A program made the position numbers and the translations under genes. The notes beneath the pieces are model-generated. The model was not told the origin of the DNA. It was given only the letters and a program-made list of their open reading frames with translations, and ran no database searches. Positions 24,948 to 32,000 of a DNA stretch of 32,000 bases are shown here, in pieces. This stretch comes from Cupriavidus necator (GTDB lineage: Bacteria; Pseudomonadota; Gammaproteobacteria; Burkholderiales; Burkholderiaceae). Location: positions 2,160,001 to 2,192,000 of the forward strand of contig NZ_CP066018.1 in NCBI RefSeq assembly GCF_016127575.1, in the 5' to 3' direction. The stretch's first letter is position 1; each line of letters begins with the position of its first letter.

Positions 24948-25538
24948 ATGAAACTGCGTTCCCTCGTTGCCGCCGTCGCGGCCATTTCCGCAACCGCCGC
25001 CTTCGGCGTGGCTTCGGCCAATACCGTGACCTACAACCTCGATCCGACCCACACCTACCCGAGCTTCGAGGCCGACCACCTGGGCGGCCTGTCGACCTGG
25101 CGCGGCAAGTTCGACAAGTCCAGCGGCGTGGTCACGCTGGACCGTGCCGCCAAGGCGGGCTCGGTCGAGGTCAAGATCGACCCGGCTTCGATCGATTTCG
25201 GCAATGCCAAGCTGAACCAGCACGCCAAGGGCCCGGACATGTTCGACGTGGAAGCCTTCCCCGAGGCCGTCTACAAGGGCAAGTTCTCCAAGTTCAAGGG
25301 TGACGTGCCGACCGAGGTTGACGGCATGCTGACGCTGCGCGGCGTGTCCAAGCCGGTCAAGCTGGAAATCCGCGATTTCAAGTGCATCCAGCACCCGATG
25401 CTCAAGCGCGAAGCCTGCGGCGCCGACGCCGTGGGCCATTTCAACCGTGCCGACTTCGGCCTGGACTACGGCGTGAAGATGGGCTTCAAGCCCGAGGTCA
25501 AGCTTGCCATCCAGGTGGAAGGCGTGCGCGCGGACTGA
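24948..25538 (+). CDS. YceI-family periplasmic protein (second paralogue)
   Basis: ATG at 24948 gives [24 protein letters not shown] (signal peptide). [29 protein letters not shown]...[10 protein letters not shown] is typical of YceI. The upstream part of ORF 24795..25538 overlaps the first yceI gene. Confidence 0.9.
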   Translation: MKLRSLVAAVAAISATAAFGVASANTVTYNLDPTHTYPSFEADHLGGLSTWRGKFDKSSGVVTLDRAAKAGSVEVKIDPASIDFGNAKLNQHAKGPDMFDVEAFPEAVYKGKFSKFKGDVPTEVDGMLTLRGVSKPVKLEIRDFKCIQHPMLKREACGADAVGHFNRADFGLDYGVKMGFKPEVKLAIQVEGVRAD

Positions 25539-25574
25539 GCGTGCCAGCCCGCTGCGCCGGGCTTCCAGGCAGTC

Positions 25575-25599
25575 AAGGCCGGCAATGCCGGCCTTTTTT
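25575..25599 (+). terminator. Intrinsic terminator after the second yceI gene
   Basis: aaggccggc-aat-gccggcctt followed by a T6 run. Confidence 0.7.
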
Positions 25600-25638
25600 A
25601 TTGGCCGGTATGATTCAGGCGCCTGCCAGGGCACTTGG

Positions 25639-25668
25639 TTGTACGACCCCCGACGGGCACAGTACAAT
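25639..25668 (+). promoter_or_regulatory. Candidate sigma70 promoter or operator palindrome upstream of the phcB-like gene
   Basis: TTGTAC (25639-25644), 18-nt spacer, TACAAT (25663-25668). The same bases form the inverted repeat TTGTAC-N17-GTACAA. About 220 nt upstream of the GTG at 25888. Confidence 0.3.
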
Positions 25669-25887
25669 GGCCCGCGGCAATCCCTCCTTGATCGTGGCAT
25701 TGCTACTCCTGCCAAGGCGGGGGCAGCCATGCCCGCAACCGGCTAAAGCGCATCACTATGAGCATTCGCTGCATGTCCCGATACCGGTAGCCACCCCCGC
25801 GACCTCCTCGCCCCTCATGCTGTACCCGGCCGTTCTGCCCTGGCTGTATGGCCCGCAGCGTTTCTCGGTTTTCCCTGGCGCAATACC

Positions 25888-27291
25888 GTGTATTCCAAAA
25901 CGCAAATCGATCCGGTAGTTAGTTTCCGCAACTCGCAGGGCGAGCAGGTGCGGGGCACGATTGTCAATCTCCAGAGAAAGTCCCTGGTGATGGAGATCTA
26001 CAACCCGTATTCGATCGTGCAGGTCAGTGAGGTGCTGAGCGAACTCAGCGTCCGCATGGGCTCGAAGAATGCCTACCTCGGCAAGGCCGTGGTCATGAGC
26101 CTGGTGAACACCGGCCTGACCGCGGTGGTGTCGCTGACGCTGATCGACGAGTGGCTGGAGCTGAGCAACCTGGACAACGAGCCCAAGTCGGTCGCGCGCG
26201 AGTCGCAGCGGTTCGTGCAGGACTGGAATGAGCGCTTCAATATCCGGCCCGACTACCAGATCGTGGTCAATGAAATGCGCGCGTTCCTGTCCGAGGTGTC
26301 GCGCTGGGTGGAGCAGGTCGACATGACCAGCACGCTGCCCAAGGAAGGCGATACGCTGCGCATGGACGTGTTCGAGGAGCTGGCCACCCCGATCGCACTG
26401 AAGATCCGCGAATATTCCGCGCGGCTCGACGGCGAAGCCGCGCACGTGCCGGAAGAAGACACCGTGATGCACCGCACCTTCACGCAGGCGGCGCTGCATC
26501 CCTTGCTGCTGCGCTCACCGTTCGTGTTCCGGACCTATACCAAGCCGCTCGGCTATGCCGGCGACTACGAAATGGTCAACCAGATCCTGTCGGATCCGCG
26601 CCAGGGCCCCAGCACCTACTTCCAGATCGTCAACGCAACCTTCCTGCAGTCGTCCGTGGCCGCTGCCCACCGCAACCGCATCAACCTGCTGGTCGATTTC
26701 CTGGTGCGCATGGCCGAGCAGGCCCGGGCCGCGGGCAAGCCGTTCCGGCTGCTCAACGTGGGCTGTGGCCCGGCGGTCGAGATCAACCGCTTCATTACCG
26801 AATACCCCGAGCCGCACTGGCTGTCGTTCCAGCTGCTCGACTTCAGCCAGGAAACGCTGGACTACGCGCGCGGGCGCATCGAAGAGAGCTGCCGCAAGGC
26901 CAATGCGAAGGTCGAGGTGGAATATGTCCACCACTCGGTGCATGAACTGCTCAAGCGCCGGATCGACCACGATCCGTCGCTGCGCGAGTTCGACGGGGTC
27001 TACTGCGCCGGCCTGTTCGACTACCTGTCCGACCGCGTCTGCGCGCGCCTGCTGAGCTATTTCTCCACGCGCACCCATCCCGAGGGGCGCATCCTGGCCA
27101 CCAACGTCCACGTCGACAACCCGGAACGGTACAGCATGGAACATATGCTGGAGTGGTACCTGATCTACCGCGATGAGGCCGGCATGCAGTCTTTGCTGCC
27201 GGCCAATACGCGCGACGGCCGCACCTACGTCGACCCGACCGGCGTCAACGTGTTTGTGGAAGCGATCGTGACTGATCCGGCCAAGGCCTGA
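25888..27291 (+). CDS. phcB: PhcB-like SAM-dependent methyltransferase (predicted 3-hydroxy fatty acid methyl ester autoinducer synthase) with an extra N-terminal domain
   Basis: 467 aa. C-terminal class I methyltransferase has motif I (RLLNVGCGPAVE), an acidic loop (LLDFSQE) and motif II-like DGVYCAGLFDYLSD. N-terminal approx. 200 aa are non-catalytic. First gene of a four-gene block with phcBSRQ architecture. GTG start with no clear SD, so the start is uncertain. Confidence 0.78.
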   Translation: MYSKTQIDPVVSFRNSQGEQVRGTIVNLQRKSLVMEIYNPYSIVQVSEVLSELSVRMGSKNAYLGKAVVMSLVNTGLTAVVSLTLIDEWLELSNLDNEPKSVARESQRFVQDWNERFNIRPDYQIVVNEMRAFLSEVSRWVEQVDMTSTLPKEGDTLRMDVFEELATPIALKIREYSARLDGEAAHVPEEDTVMHRTFTQAALHPLLLRSPFVFRTYTKPLGYAGDYEMVNQILSDPRQGPSTYFQIVNATFLQSSVAAAHRNRINLLVDFLVRMAEQARAAGKPFRLLNVGCGPAVEINRFITEYPEPHWLSFQLLDFSQETLDYARGRIEESCRKANAKVEVEYVHHSVHELLKRRIDHDPSLREFDGVYCAGLFDYLSDRVCARLLSYFSTRTHPEGRILATNVHVDNPERYSMEHMLEWYLIYRDEAGMQSLLPANTRDGRTYVDPTGVNVFVEAIVTDPAKA

Positions 27292-27296
27292 CCACC

Positions 27297-28637
27297 ATGC
27301 TGAAACGGACTGCGAGCAGGTATTCCCCGTACGAGGCTGACCTGCGCGAGTTTCGCCTGGTCTCGAGCCGGGCCGGCGCGCTGACGGCCATCGTGCTGGT
27401 GATGGCCGGCGTCGGGCTCGACTACGGGATCTATCCCAGCCACCAGCTGCAGTTCTTTGTCGCCCGCCTGGTGGTCTCGGTCCTGATCGGGCTGATCTTC
27501 CTGCTGCTGGCCAACCAGGCCGGCCGGCGCTTCGTGCAGCCGCTCACGCTGGCCTGGCTGCTGCTGCTGCCGCAGATGATGATCACATGGATGATCGCCA
27601 CCACCGACGGCGCCTCGTCCATCTACTATGCCGGGCTGAACCTGGTCATCTTCGCGGTCGGCATCGCCATGCCCATGGGCCTGTGGCAGACCATCGGCTT
27701 TGGCGTGGTCACTTACCTGCTCTACCTCGGCGCCTGCCTGATCCACCCCGATGGCCTGGCGCAGCGCGCGCACTTCACCGTCAATTCGCTGTTCATCATG
27801 TTCTCGATCGTGGCCAGCGCGGTCTACACGTTCATGAACGAGCGCGGCCACTTCCACCTGATACGGCTCAAGGAAGAGCTGGCGCACAAGAACGACGAGC
27901 TTGCCGACATCAACCGCCGGCTGGCCGACATCAAGGGCCAGATGCTGCAGCAGGAGAAGATGGCCGCCATCGGTACGCTGGCGGCGGGGCTGCTGCACGA
28001 GGTGAACAACCCGGTCAACTTCTGCCTGATGGCGATCGAAGTGGCGATGGAAGAGCCACAGGCCAAGGAGAACCCTTCGCTGGAAGAGTGCCTGGTCGAC
28101 GCCAAGCAGGGGATGCAGCGCATCCAGCATATCGTCTCCGACCTCAAGACCTTTGCCTACCGCAAGCCGGGCGCCGAGGTGGAAGGCACGCCGTTCCTGT
28201 TCGAGAAGGCGCTCGATTCGTCGATCCGCCTGACCGCGCATGAGCTGCGCGGGGTCAGCCTCAGCCGCGAACTGCCTGCCGACACCCTGGTGCTGGGCGA
28301 CGAGGCGGCCATCATCGGCGTGCTGATCAACCTGTTCTCGAATGCCGCGCTGGCCATGCGCAAGGCGGGCACGGCCGCGCCCGCGATCCATACCACGGCC
28401 CGCTGGGACAACCACCGCCTGCACGTCATGGTGCGCGACAACGGCCCTGGCATCCCCCAGGAAAACCTGGCGCGCGTGTTCGAGCCGTTCTTCACCACGC
28501 GCGAGGTGGGGCAGGGGCTTGGCCTGGGCCTGTCGATCAGCTACGCGGTGGTGGAACGCCACGGCGGGCAGCTGTATGCCGAGAGCGAACTGGGCCAGTG
28601 GACCGCGTTCAGCTTCGACCTGCCGCGTGCGGAGTAA
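27297..28637 (+). CDS. phcS: PhcS-like polytopic sensor histidine kinase
   Basis: 446 aa. Six predicted TM helices in the first approx. 190 aa with almost no periplasmic loops. H-box LLHEVNNPVNF, N-box NLFSNAALAM, G1 DNGPGI and G2 GQGLGLGLS. Starts 5 nt after the phcB stop. Confidence 0.8.
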   Translation: MLKRTASRYSPYEADLREFRLVSSRAGALTAIVLVMAGVGLDYGIYPSHQLQFFVARLVVSVLIGLIFLLLANQAGRRFVQPLTLAWLLLLPQMMITWMIATTDGASSIYYAGLNLVIFAVGIAMPMGLWQTIGFGVVTYLLYLGACLIHPDGLAQRAHFTVNSLFIMFSIVASAVYTFMNERGHFHLIRLKEELAHKNDELADINRRLADIKGQMLQQEKMAAIGTLAAGLLHEVNNPVNFCLMAIEVAMEEPQAKENPSLEECLVDAKQGMQRIQHIVSDLKTFAYRKPGAEVEGTPFLFEKALDSSIRLTAHELRGVSLSRELPADTLVLGDEAAIIGVLINLFSNAALAMRKAGTAAPAIHTTARWDNHRLHVMVRDNGPGIPQENLARVFEPFFTTREVGQGLGLGLSISYAVVERHGGQLYAESELGQWTAFSFDLPRAE

Positions 28638-28643
28638 CCAGCC

Positions 28644-29789
28644 ATGAGCGAAGCGAAGCAGGCACGGCTTGCCGTCCTCTATGTCGACGACGAGGAGATG
28701 GCGCGCAAGTATTTCGCCCGGGCCGCCGGCAGCGACTATGAGGTGCTGGTGGCAGACAGCGCCGACGAGGCCCTGGCGGTGCTGCGCGCGGACCCCGCCC
28801 GCGTGGCGGTGCTGGTGACCGACTTCCGCATGCCCGGGCGCGACGGCGGCCAGCTGCTGCGCCAGGTGGCGCAGGAATACCCGCAGATCGTGCGCATCCT
28901 GGTCACCGCCTATGCCGACAAGGATGTGCTGCTGGAAACGGTCAACAGCGGCGAAGTCTTCCGCATCCTGGAAAAGCCGCTGAGCGTGGCCGACCTGCGC
29001 GAGGTGCTGGCAGGCGCCGCCGAGCGCCACCGCGAGCGCCACCGCGAGCGCACCCTGCGCCAGCACCGGCTGATGGCGATCGACGAGACCCTGGCCTTCC
29101 TGGCGCATGAGCTGAATACCCCGCTGGCTGCCATCGCCAACTTTGCCCACGGCATCCGCGGACGTGTCGCCGGCGAGTACAGTGCGCAGCGCCAGGCCGA
29201 GATCGGCCAGGCGGCCAGCGCCATGTACGACAACGCCCAGTATTGCCTGGCGGTGCTGTCGTCGTTCCTGCAGTCGGTGCGCAACAGTGCCGGCAGCACG
29301 CCGGCGCGGCCCGATGCCGGCGCCGAGGTCAGCGCCGGCTCGCTGGTCACTTCGCTGCTGGACAGCTACCCGTTCGCAGGCGACCAGCGCAGCTGGGTGC
29401 AGGTGGAGATGCACGGCGATTTCCCGGTGCAGACGCTGCCCAACTGCGTGGCGCTGGTGCTCTCCTCGGTGATGAGCAACGCGCTGCGGGCGCTGGGCAG
29501 TGTCGGCACGCCGGCGTTGCGCTTTGTGGTGGTGGCGCAGCCGCGCCCGGAAATCCGCATCTGCGACAACGGGCCGGGGATTGCGCCGGAAGTGATGGAG
29601 CGGTTGCTGGTCGACCCTGTCACCACCCACGCCAGTGCCGGCGGCAGCGGCCTGGGCATGATTTTCTGCAACCGCGTCATGCAGTCGTTTGGCGGCGGCA
29701 TCCGGATCGAATCCGCATCCGGTGCCGGCACGACGGTGACGCTGGACTTTCCAAGTTTCAAGAGTCGAAAGCATAGGAGTGACCGATGA
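28644..29789 (+). CDS. phcR: PhcR-like hybrid protein: N-terminal receiver domain fused to a histidine-kinase-like core
   Basis: 381 aa. REC landmarks are VDDEE, the acceptor Asp in VLVTDFRMPGRDG, and ILEKPL. The second half has H-box LAHELNTPLAAI, an N-box-like SSVMSNALRAL, G1 CDNGPGI and G2 GGSGLGM. Starts 6 nt after the phcS stop. Confidence 0.8.
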   Translation: MSEAKQARLAVLYVDDEEMARKYFARAAGSDYEVLVADSADEALAVLRADPARVAVLVTDFRMPGRDGGQLLRQVAQEYPQIVRILVTAYADKDVLLETVNSGEVFRILEKPLSVADLREVLAGAAERHRERHRERTLRQHRLMAIDETLAFLAHELNTPLAAIANFAHGIRGRVAGEYSAQRQAEIGQAASAMYDNAQYCLAVLSSFLQSVRNSAGSTPARPDAGAEVSAGSLVTSLLDSYPFAGDQRSWVQVEMHGDFPVQTLPNCVALVLSSVMSNALRALGSVGTPALRFVVVAQPRPEIRICDNGPGIAPEVMERLLVDPVTTHASAGGSGLGMIFCNRVMQSFGGGIRIESASGAGTTVTLDFPSFKSRKHRSDR

Positions 29790-30793
29790 CCGAACCGAAT
29801 GCCACGCAGGCACCACCCCCGGCGATTCTGTTCGTCGATGACGAAGCGACTGCAGTCAAGTATTTCCAGCGTGCCATCGGGGCGCTGGCACCGGTGGCCA
29901 CCGGCGGCTCCGTTGAAGAGGGCAAGGCCTTGCTCGACGCCCACGCAGACAGCCTTGCGGTGCTGGTGTCGGACCAGCGCATGCCGGGCGAGTATGGCAA
30001 CGAACTGCTGCGCTACGCGCGCGAGCGCTACCCGCATATCGTGCGCATCCTGACCACCGCGTATTCGGAGCTCGACCAGACCGTCGAGGCGGTCAACCAG
30101 GGGCAGATCCACCGCTACATCAAGAAGCCGTGGGACATCACCGCGCTGCGCATGGAGCTGAAGCAGGCGCTGGAACTGGCCGGCCTGCGCAAGGAACGCG
30201 ACCAGCTGCTGCGCGAGAAGCTGTCCGTGCTGCAGACCCAGACCGTGGCCTCGCGCATCGGCATGGTGCATGCGCTGTGCGCCAGCCTGATCGGGCCGGG
30301 CCGTTTCCAGCCGGTGGAGACCTACCTCGCGGCGGTCGACCTGGCCGGCGCGGGCAGCGTCGAGCCGGACTGGCAGCGCATGGACTACGCCGACCTGGTG
30401 CGGGCCGAGGCCGAGCGCAGCGGCAGCTTCGGCCATGCCGTCGGCACGCGCCTGGCGGGCCTGCGCAGCGCCAACGCGGGCAAGGGGGCGGCCGATGCCG
30501 TCGCGGTAATCGCCGACGCGCTGGGCAGCGAGGTGGTGCGCCGCGATGGCGATACCGTGGTCTGGACCGCGCCGGCCACGTTGGCCGAGTACCTGGTGCA
30601 GCCGGTGGGCGCGCCGGTGTCTGCCGCGCATGCGGCGTGGCTGGCCAGCCTGCTGTGGCTGGACGAGGCCGGCGGTGCGCTGCAGTTTGCGCGCGATGGC
30701 GACGCCATCCTGTGCCGTGCCGGCCAGCGTACCGAGTTCTTCGCGGCCGACCGGCTGGCGGCGTGGATCGAGCGCTTTGCCGAGCAACGTTGA
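29786..30793 (+). CDS. phcQ: PhcQ-like response regulator: receiver domain plus uncharacterised Ala/Gly-rich C-terminal domain
   Basis: 335 aa. The ATG overlaps the phcR stop (ATGA at 29786-29789), with AGGAG at 29775-29779. REC landmarks are VDDEA, VLVSDQRMPGEYG, ILTTAYS and RYIKKPW. This REC is a paralogue of the PhcR REC. Confidence 0.75.
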   Translation: MTEPNATQAPPPAILFVDDEATAVKYFQRAIGALAPVATGGSVEEGKALLDAHADSLAVLVSDQRMPGEYGNELLRYARERYPHIVRILTTAYSELDQTVEAVNQGQIHRYIKKPWDITALRMELKQALELAGLRKERDQLLREKLSVLQTQTVASRIGMVHALCASLIGPGRFQPVETYLAAVDLAGAGSVEPDWQRMDYADLVRAEAERSGSFGHAVGTRLAGLRSANAGKGAADAVAVIADALGSEVVRRDGDTVVWTAPATLAEYLVQPVGAPVSAAHAAWLASLLWLDEAGGALQFARDGDAILCRAGQRTEFFAADRLAAWIERFAEQR

Positions 30794-30831
30794 CATGGAG
30801 CCGGGCTGTAGCCGGTGAGGTGCAGGCTGAC

Positions 30832-31320
30832 ATGGCAAGCAAGACGATCGGTGCGGCCGCTGCCGTAGCCGCCAGGCGCAGGGGGCGGCCCGCGCGCTCC
30901 GCGCAGAACGTCGATACGCAGCGCGCAGCGATTGTCGAGGCGGCTCGAACCATCCTGGTTTCCGCGGGACTCGAGGCAGCGTCCGCCAGGCGGATCGCGT
31001 TGGCGGCCGGCATCGCCCCGGCGACCCTCTATCTGTATTTCGAGAACATCGAAGTCCTTTACGCCGCGGTGCTGGGCGAGTCCCTGCTCCAGTTGCAGCA
31101 ATACGTGCGCGCGGCCACCGGCGATGTCCCGCCCCCGGCAAAGCCCGCCGGCGACGCAACGCCGGCGCGGGCCCGCGCCGCGGCATCACGCGACATTCGC
31201 CCGAAGGGATCTGGTTCAAGGAGTATGCCGAGCGCTACGGTCTTGCCGCCGCCGTGGAATGGCGCGATTCCGGCCGCCCCATCCCCGAGCCCGAGCCGGG
31301 ACAGGACCGCGAGCCGCTGA
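30832..31320 (+). CDS. TetR-family transcriptional regulator (N-terminal HTH domain clear; 3' part probably frameshifted, see findings)
   Basis: ATG at 30832. GRPARSAQNVDTQRAAIVEAARTILVSAGLEAASARRIALAAGIAPATLYLYFENIEVLY is a typical TetR HTH. After about nt 31200 this frame uses rare codons (gga tct ggt tca agg agt), while another frame becomes GC3-rich and runs to TAA at 31368-31370. Confidence 0.5.
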   Translation: MASKTIGAAAAVAARRRGRPARSAQNVDTQRAAIVEAARTILVSAGLEAASARRIALAAGIAPATLYLYFENIEVLYAAVLGESLLQLQQYVRAATGDVPPPAKPAGDATPARARAAASRDIRPKGSGSRSMPSATVLPPPWNGAIPAAPSPSPSRDRTASR

Positions 31321-31390
31321 TGCCGGCCCCGCCCGCGGGAGCGCGCTCACGCTGGTCAGGCCAGGCATAACACCGGCCGGCCGCGGAAAA

Positions 31391-31419
31391 AAACAAAGGC
31401 GCCCGGGGCGCCTTTGTTT
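31391..31419. terminator. Bidirectional intrinsic terminator between the TetR-family gene and secF
   Basis: aaacaaaggcgcc-cgg-ggcgcctttgttt: 13-bp stem flanked by an A7 run and a T-run. Confidence 0.7.
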
Positions 31420-31436
31420 TCGTGGGCGGCAAGCCG

Positions 31437-32000
31437 TCAGGCCTGCGCGCCGTAGTTGGGGTCGTTGCGGTCGGTCGAGTCGGACTTCTTCTCGCCCTTG
31501 ACCAGATCCTCGCGCTTGACGCCCAGCCACATCGCCAGCGCCGCGGCCACGAACACCGACGAGTAGATGCCGAACAAGATGCCGACCGTCAGTGCCAGGG
31601 CAAAGTAGTGCAGCGTGGGGCCACCGAAGAAGAACATCGACAGCACCATCATCTGGGTCGAGCCGTGGGTGATGATGGTGCGCGAGATGGTGCTGGTGAT
31701 CGCGTTGTCGATGATCTCGTGGGTGCTCATCTTGCGGAACTTGCGGAAGTTCTCGCGGATCCGGTCGAAGATCACCACCGATTCGTTGACCGAATAGCCC
31801 AGCACCGCCAGGATCGCCGCCAGCACCGACAGCGAGAATTCCCACTGGAAGTAGGCGAAGAAGCCCAGGATGATGACCACGTCGTGCAGGTTGGCGATGA
31901 TGCCCGCCACCGCGAACTTCCATTCGAAGCGGAACGACAGGTAGATCACGATGCCGGCCACCACGCACAGCAGCGCGAGCAGGCCGTCGGTGGCCAGTTC
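31437..32000 (-). CDS. secF: Protein translocase subunit SecF, C-terminal part (5' end lies beyond the window)
   Basis: GYSVNESVVIFDRIRENFRKFRK...TISRTIITHGSTQMMVLSMFFFGGPTL is colinear with E. coli SecF. The frame stays open to the window end. Confidence 0.9.
   Translation of the reverse strand, partial: ELATDGLLALLCVVAGIVIYLSFRFEWKFAVAGIIANLHDVVIILGFFAYFQWEFSLSVLAAILAVLGYSVNESVVIFDRIRENFRKFRKMSTHEIIDNAITSTISRTIITHGSTQMMVLSMFFFGGPTLHYFALALTVGILFGIYSSVFVAAALAMWLGVKREDLVKGEKKSDSTDRNDPNYGAQA

Noticed and set aside
25695-25712. Possible sigma54 promoter (TGGCAT TGCT) upstream of phcB.
   Set aside because: The GG and GC elements are adjacent instead of the canonical 10-nt separation between them (GG at -24, GC at -12).
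30130-30831. Upstream part of the 396-aa ORF 30130..31320.
   Set aside because: It overlaps phcQ in another frame with Arg/Ala/Gly-rich shadow composition. The TetR HTH only begins after the Met at 30832.
27225-31219. 863-aa (27225..29816) and 617-aa (29366..31219) minus-strand ORFs.
   Set aside because: Both are antisense shadows of phcS/phcR/phcQ. They are low-complexity and Arg/Ala/Gly/His-rich. The plus-strand frames carry complete kinase and receiver motifs.

Overview
High-GC betaproteobacterial chromosome segment, Burkholderiaceae-like (Cupriavidus/Ralstonia style, judged from protein sequences and a GEG/PLP-type REP element). I saw no rRNA, tRNA, CRISPR, IS element, integrase, prophage or recognisable defence genes. 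Most of the window is conserved housekeeping: tkt (3' part), gap, fur / bamE (divergent), dapB, leuS-lptE-holA-proA, hemJ, a THUMP RNA methyltransferase, pntAA-panD-pntAB-pntB, NUDIX-mnmA, a GST, purB, cytochrome b561 plus two yceI genes, and secF (3' part). The system-like content is a Phc-type quorum-sensing circuit split over three places. First, a LysR regulator that I read as PhcA (2695-3690), behind an unusually AT-rich upstream region. Second, an orphan atypical response regulator with an LqsR-like layout (14244-15290). Third, a tightly coupled four-gene operon with the phcBSRQ architecture (25888-30793): a SAM methyltransferase with an extra N-terminal domain, a polytopic histidine kinase, a REC-histidine-kinase hybrid, and a REC protein with an unknown C-terminal domain. 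The Phc system is established in Ralstonia solanacearum, and a functional homologue has been reported in R. eutropha/C. necator. I therefore do not claim a new system. The under-described parts are the LqsR-like regulator, the PhcB N-terminal domain, the PhcQ C-terminal domain and the cis-elements. Other observations: panD plus an inverted REP pair sit between pntAA and pntAB; a TetR-family gene downstream of phcQ is probably frameshifted; tandem terminator-like hairpins lie in the fur-bamE intergenic region; several strong palindromes occur in promoter regions. All calls come from reading the translations and the DNA by eye. No database search was run.
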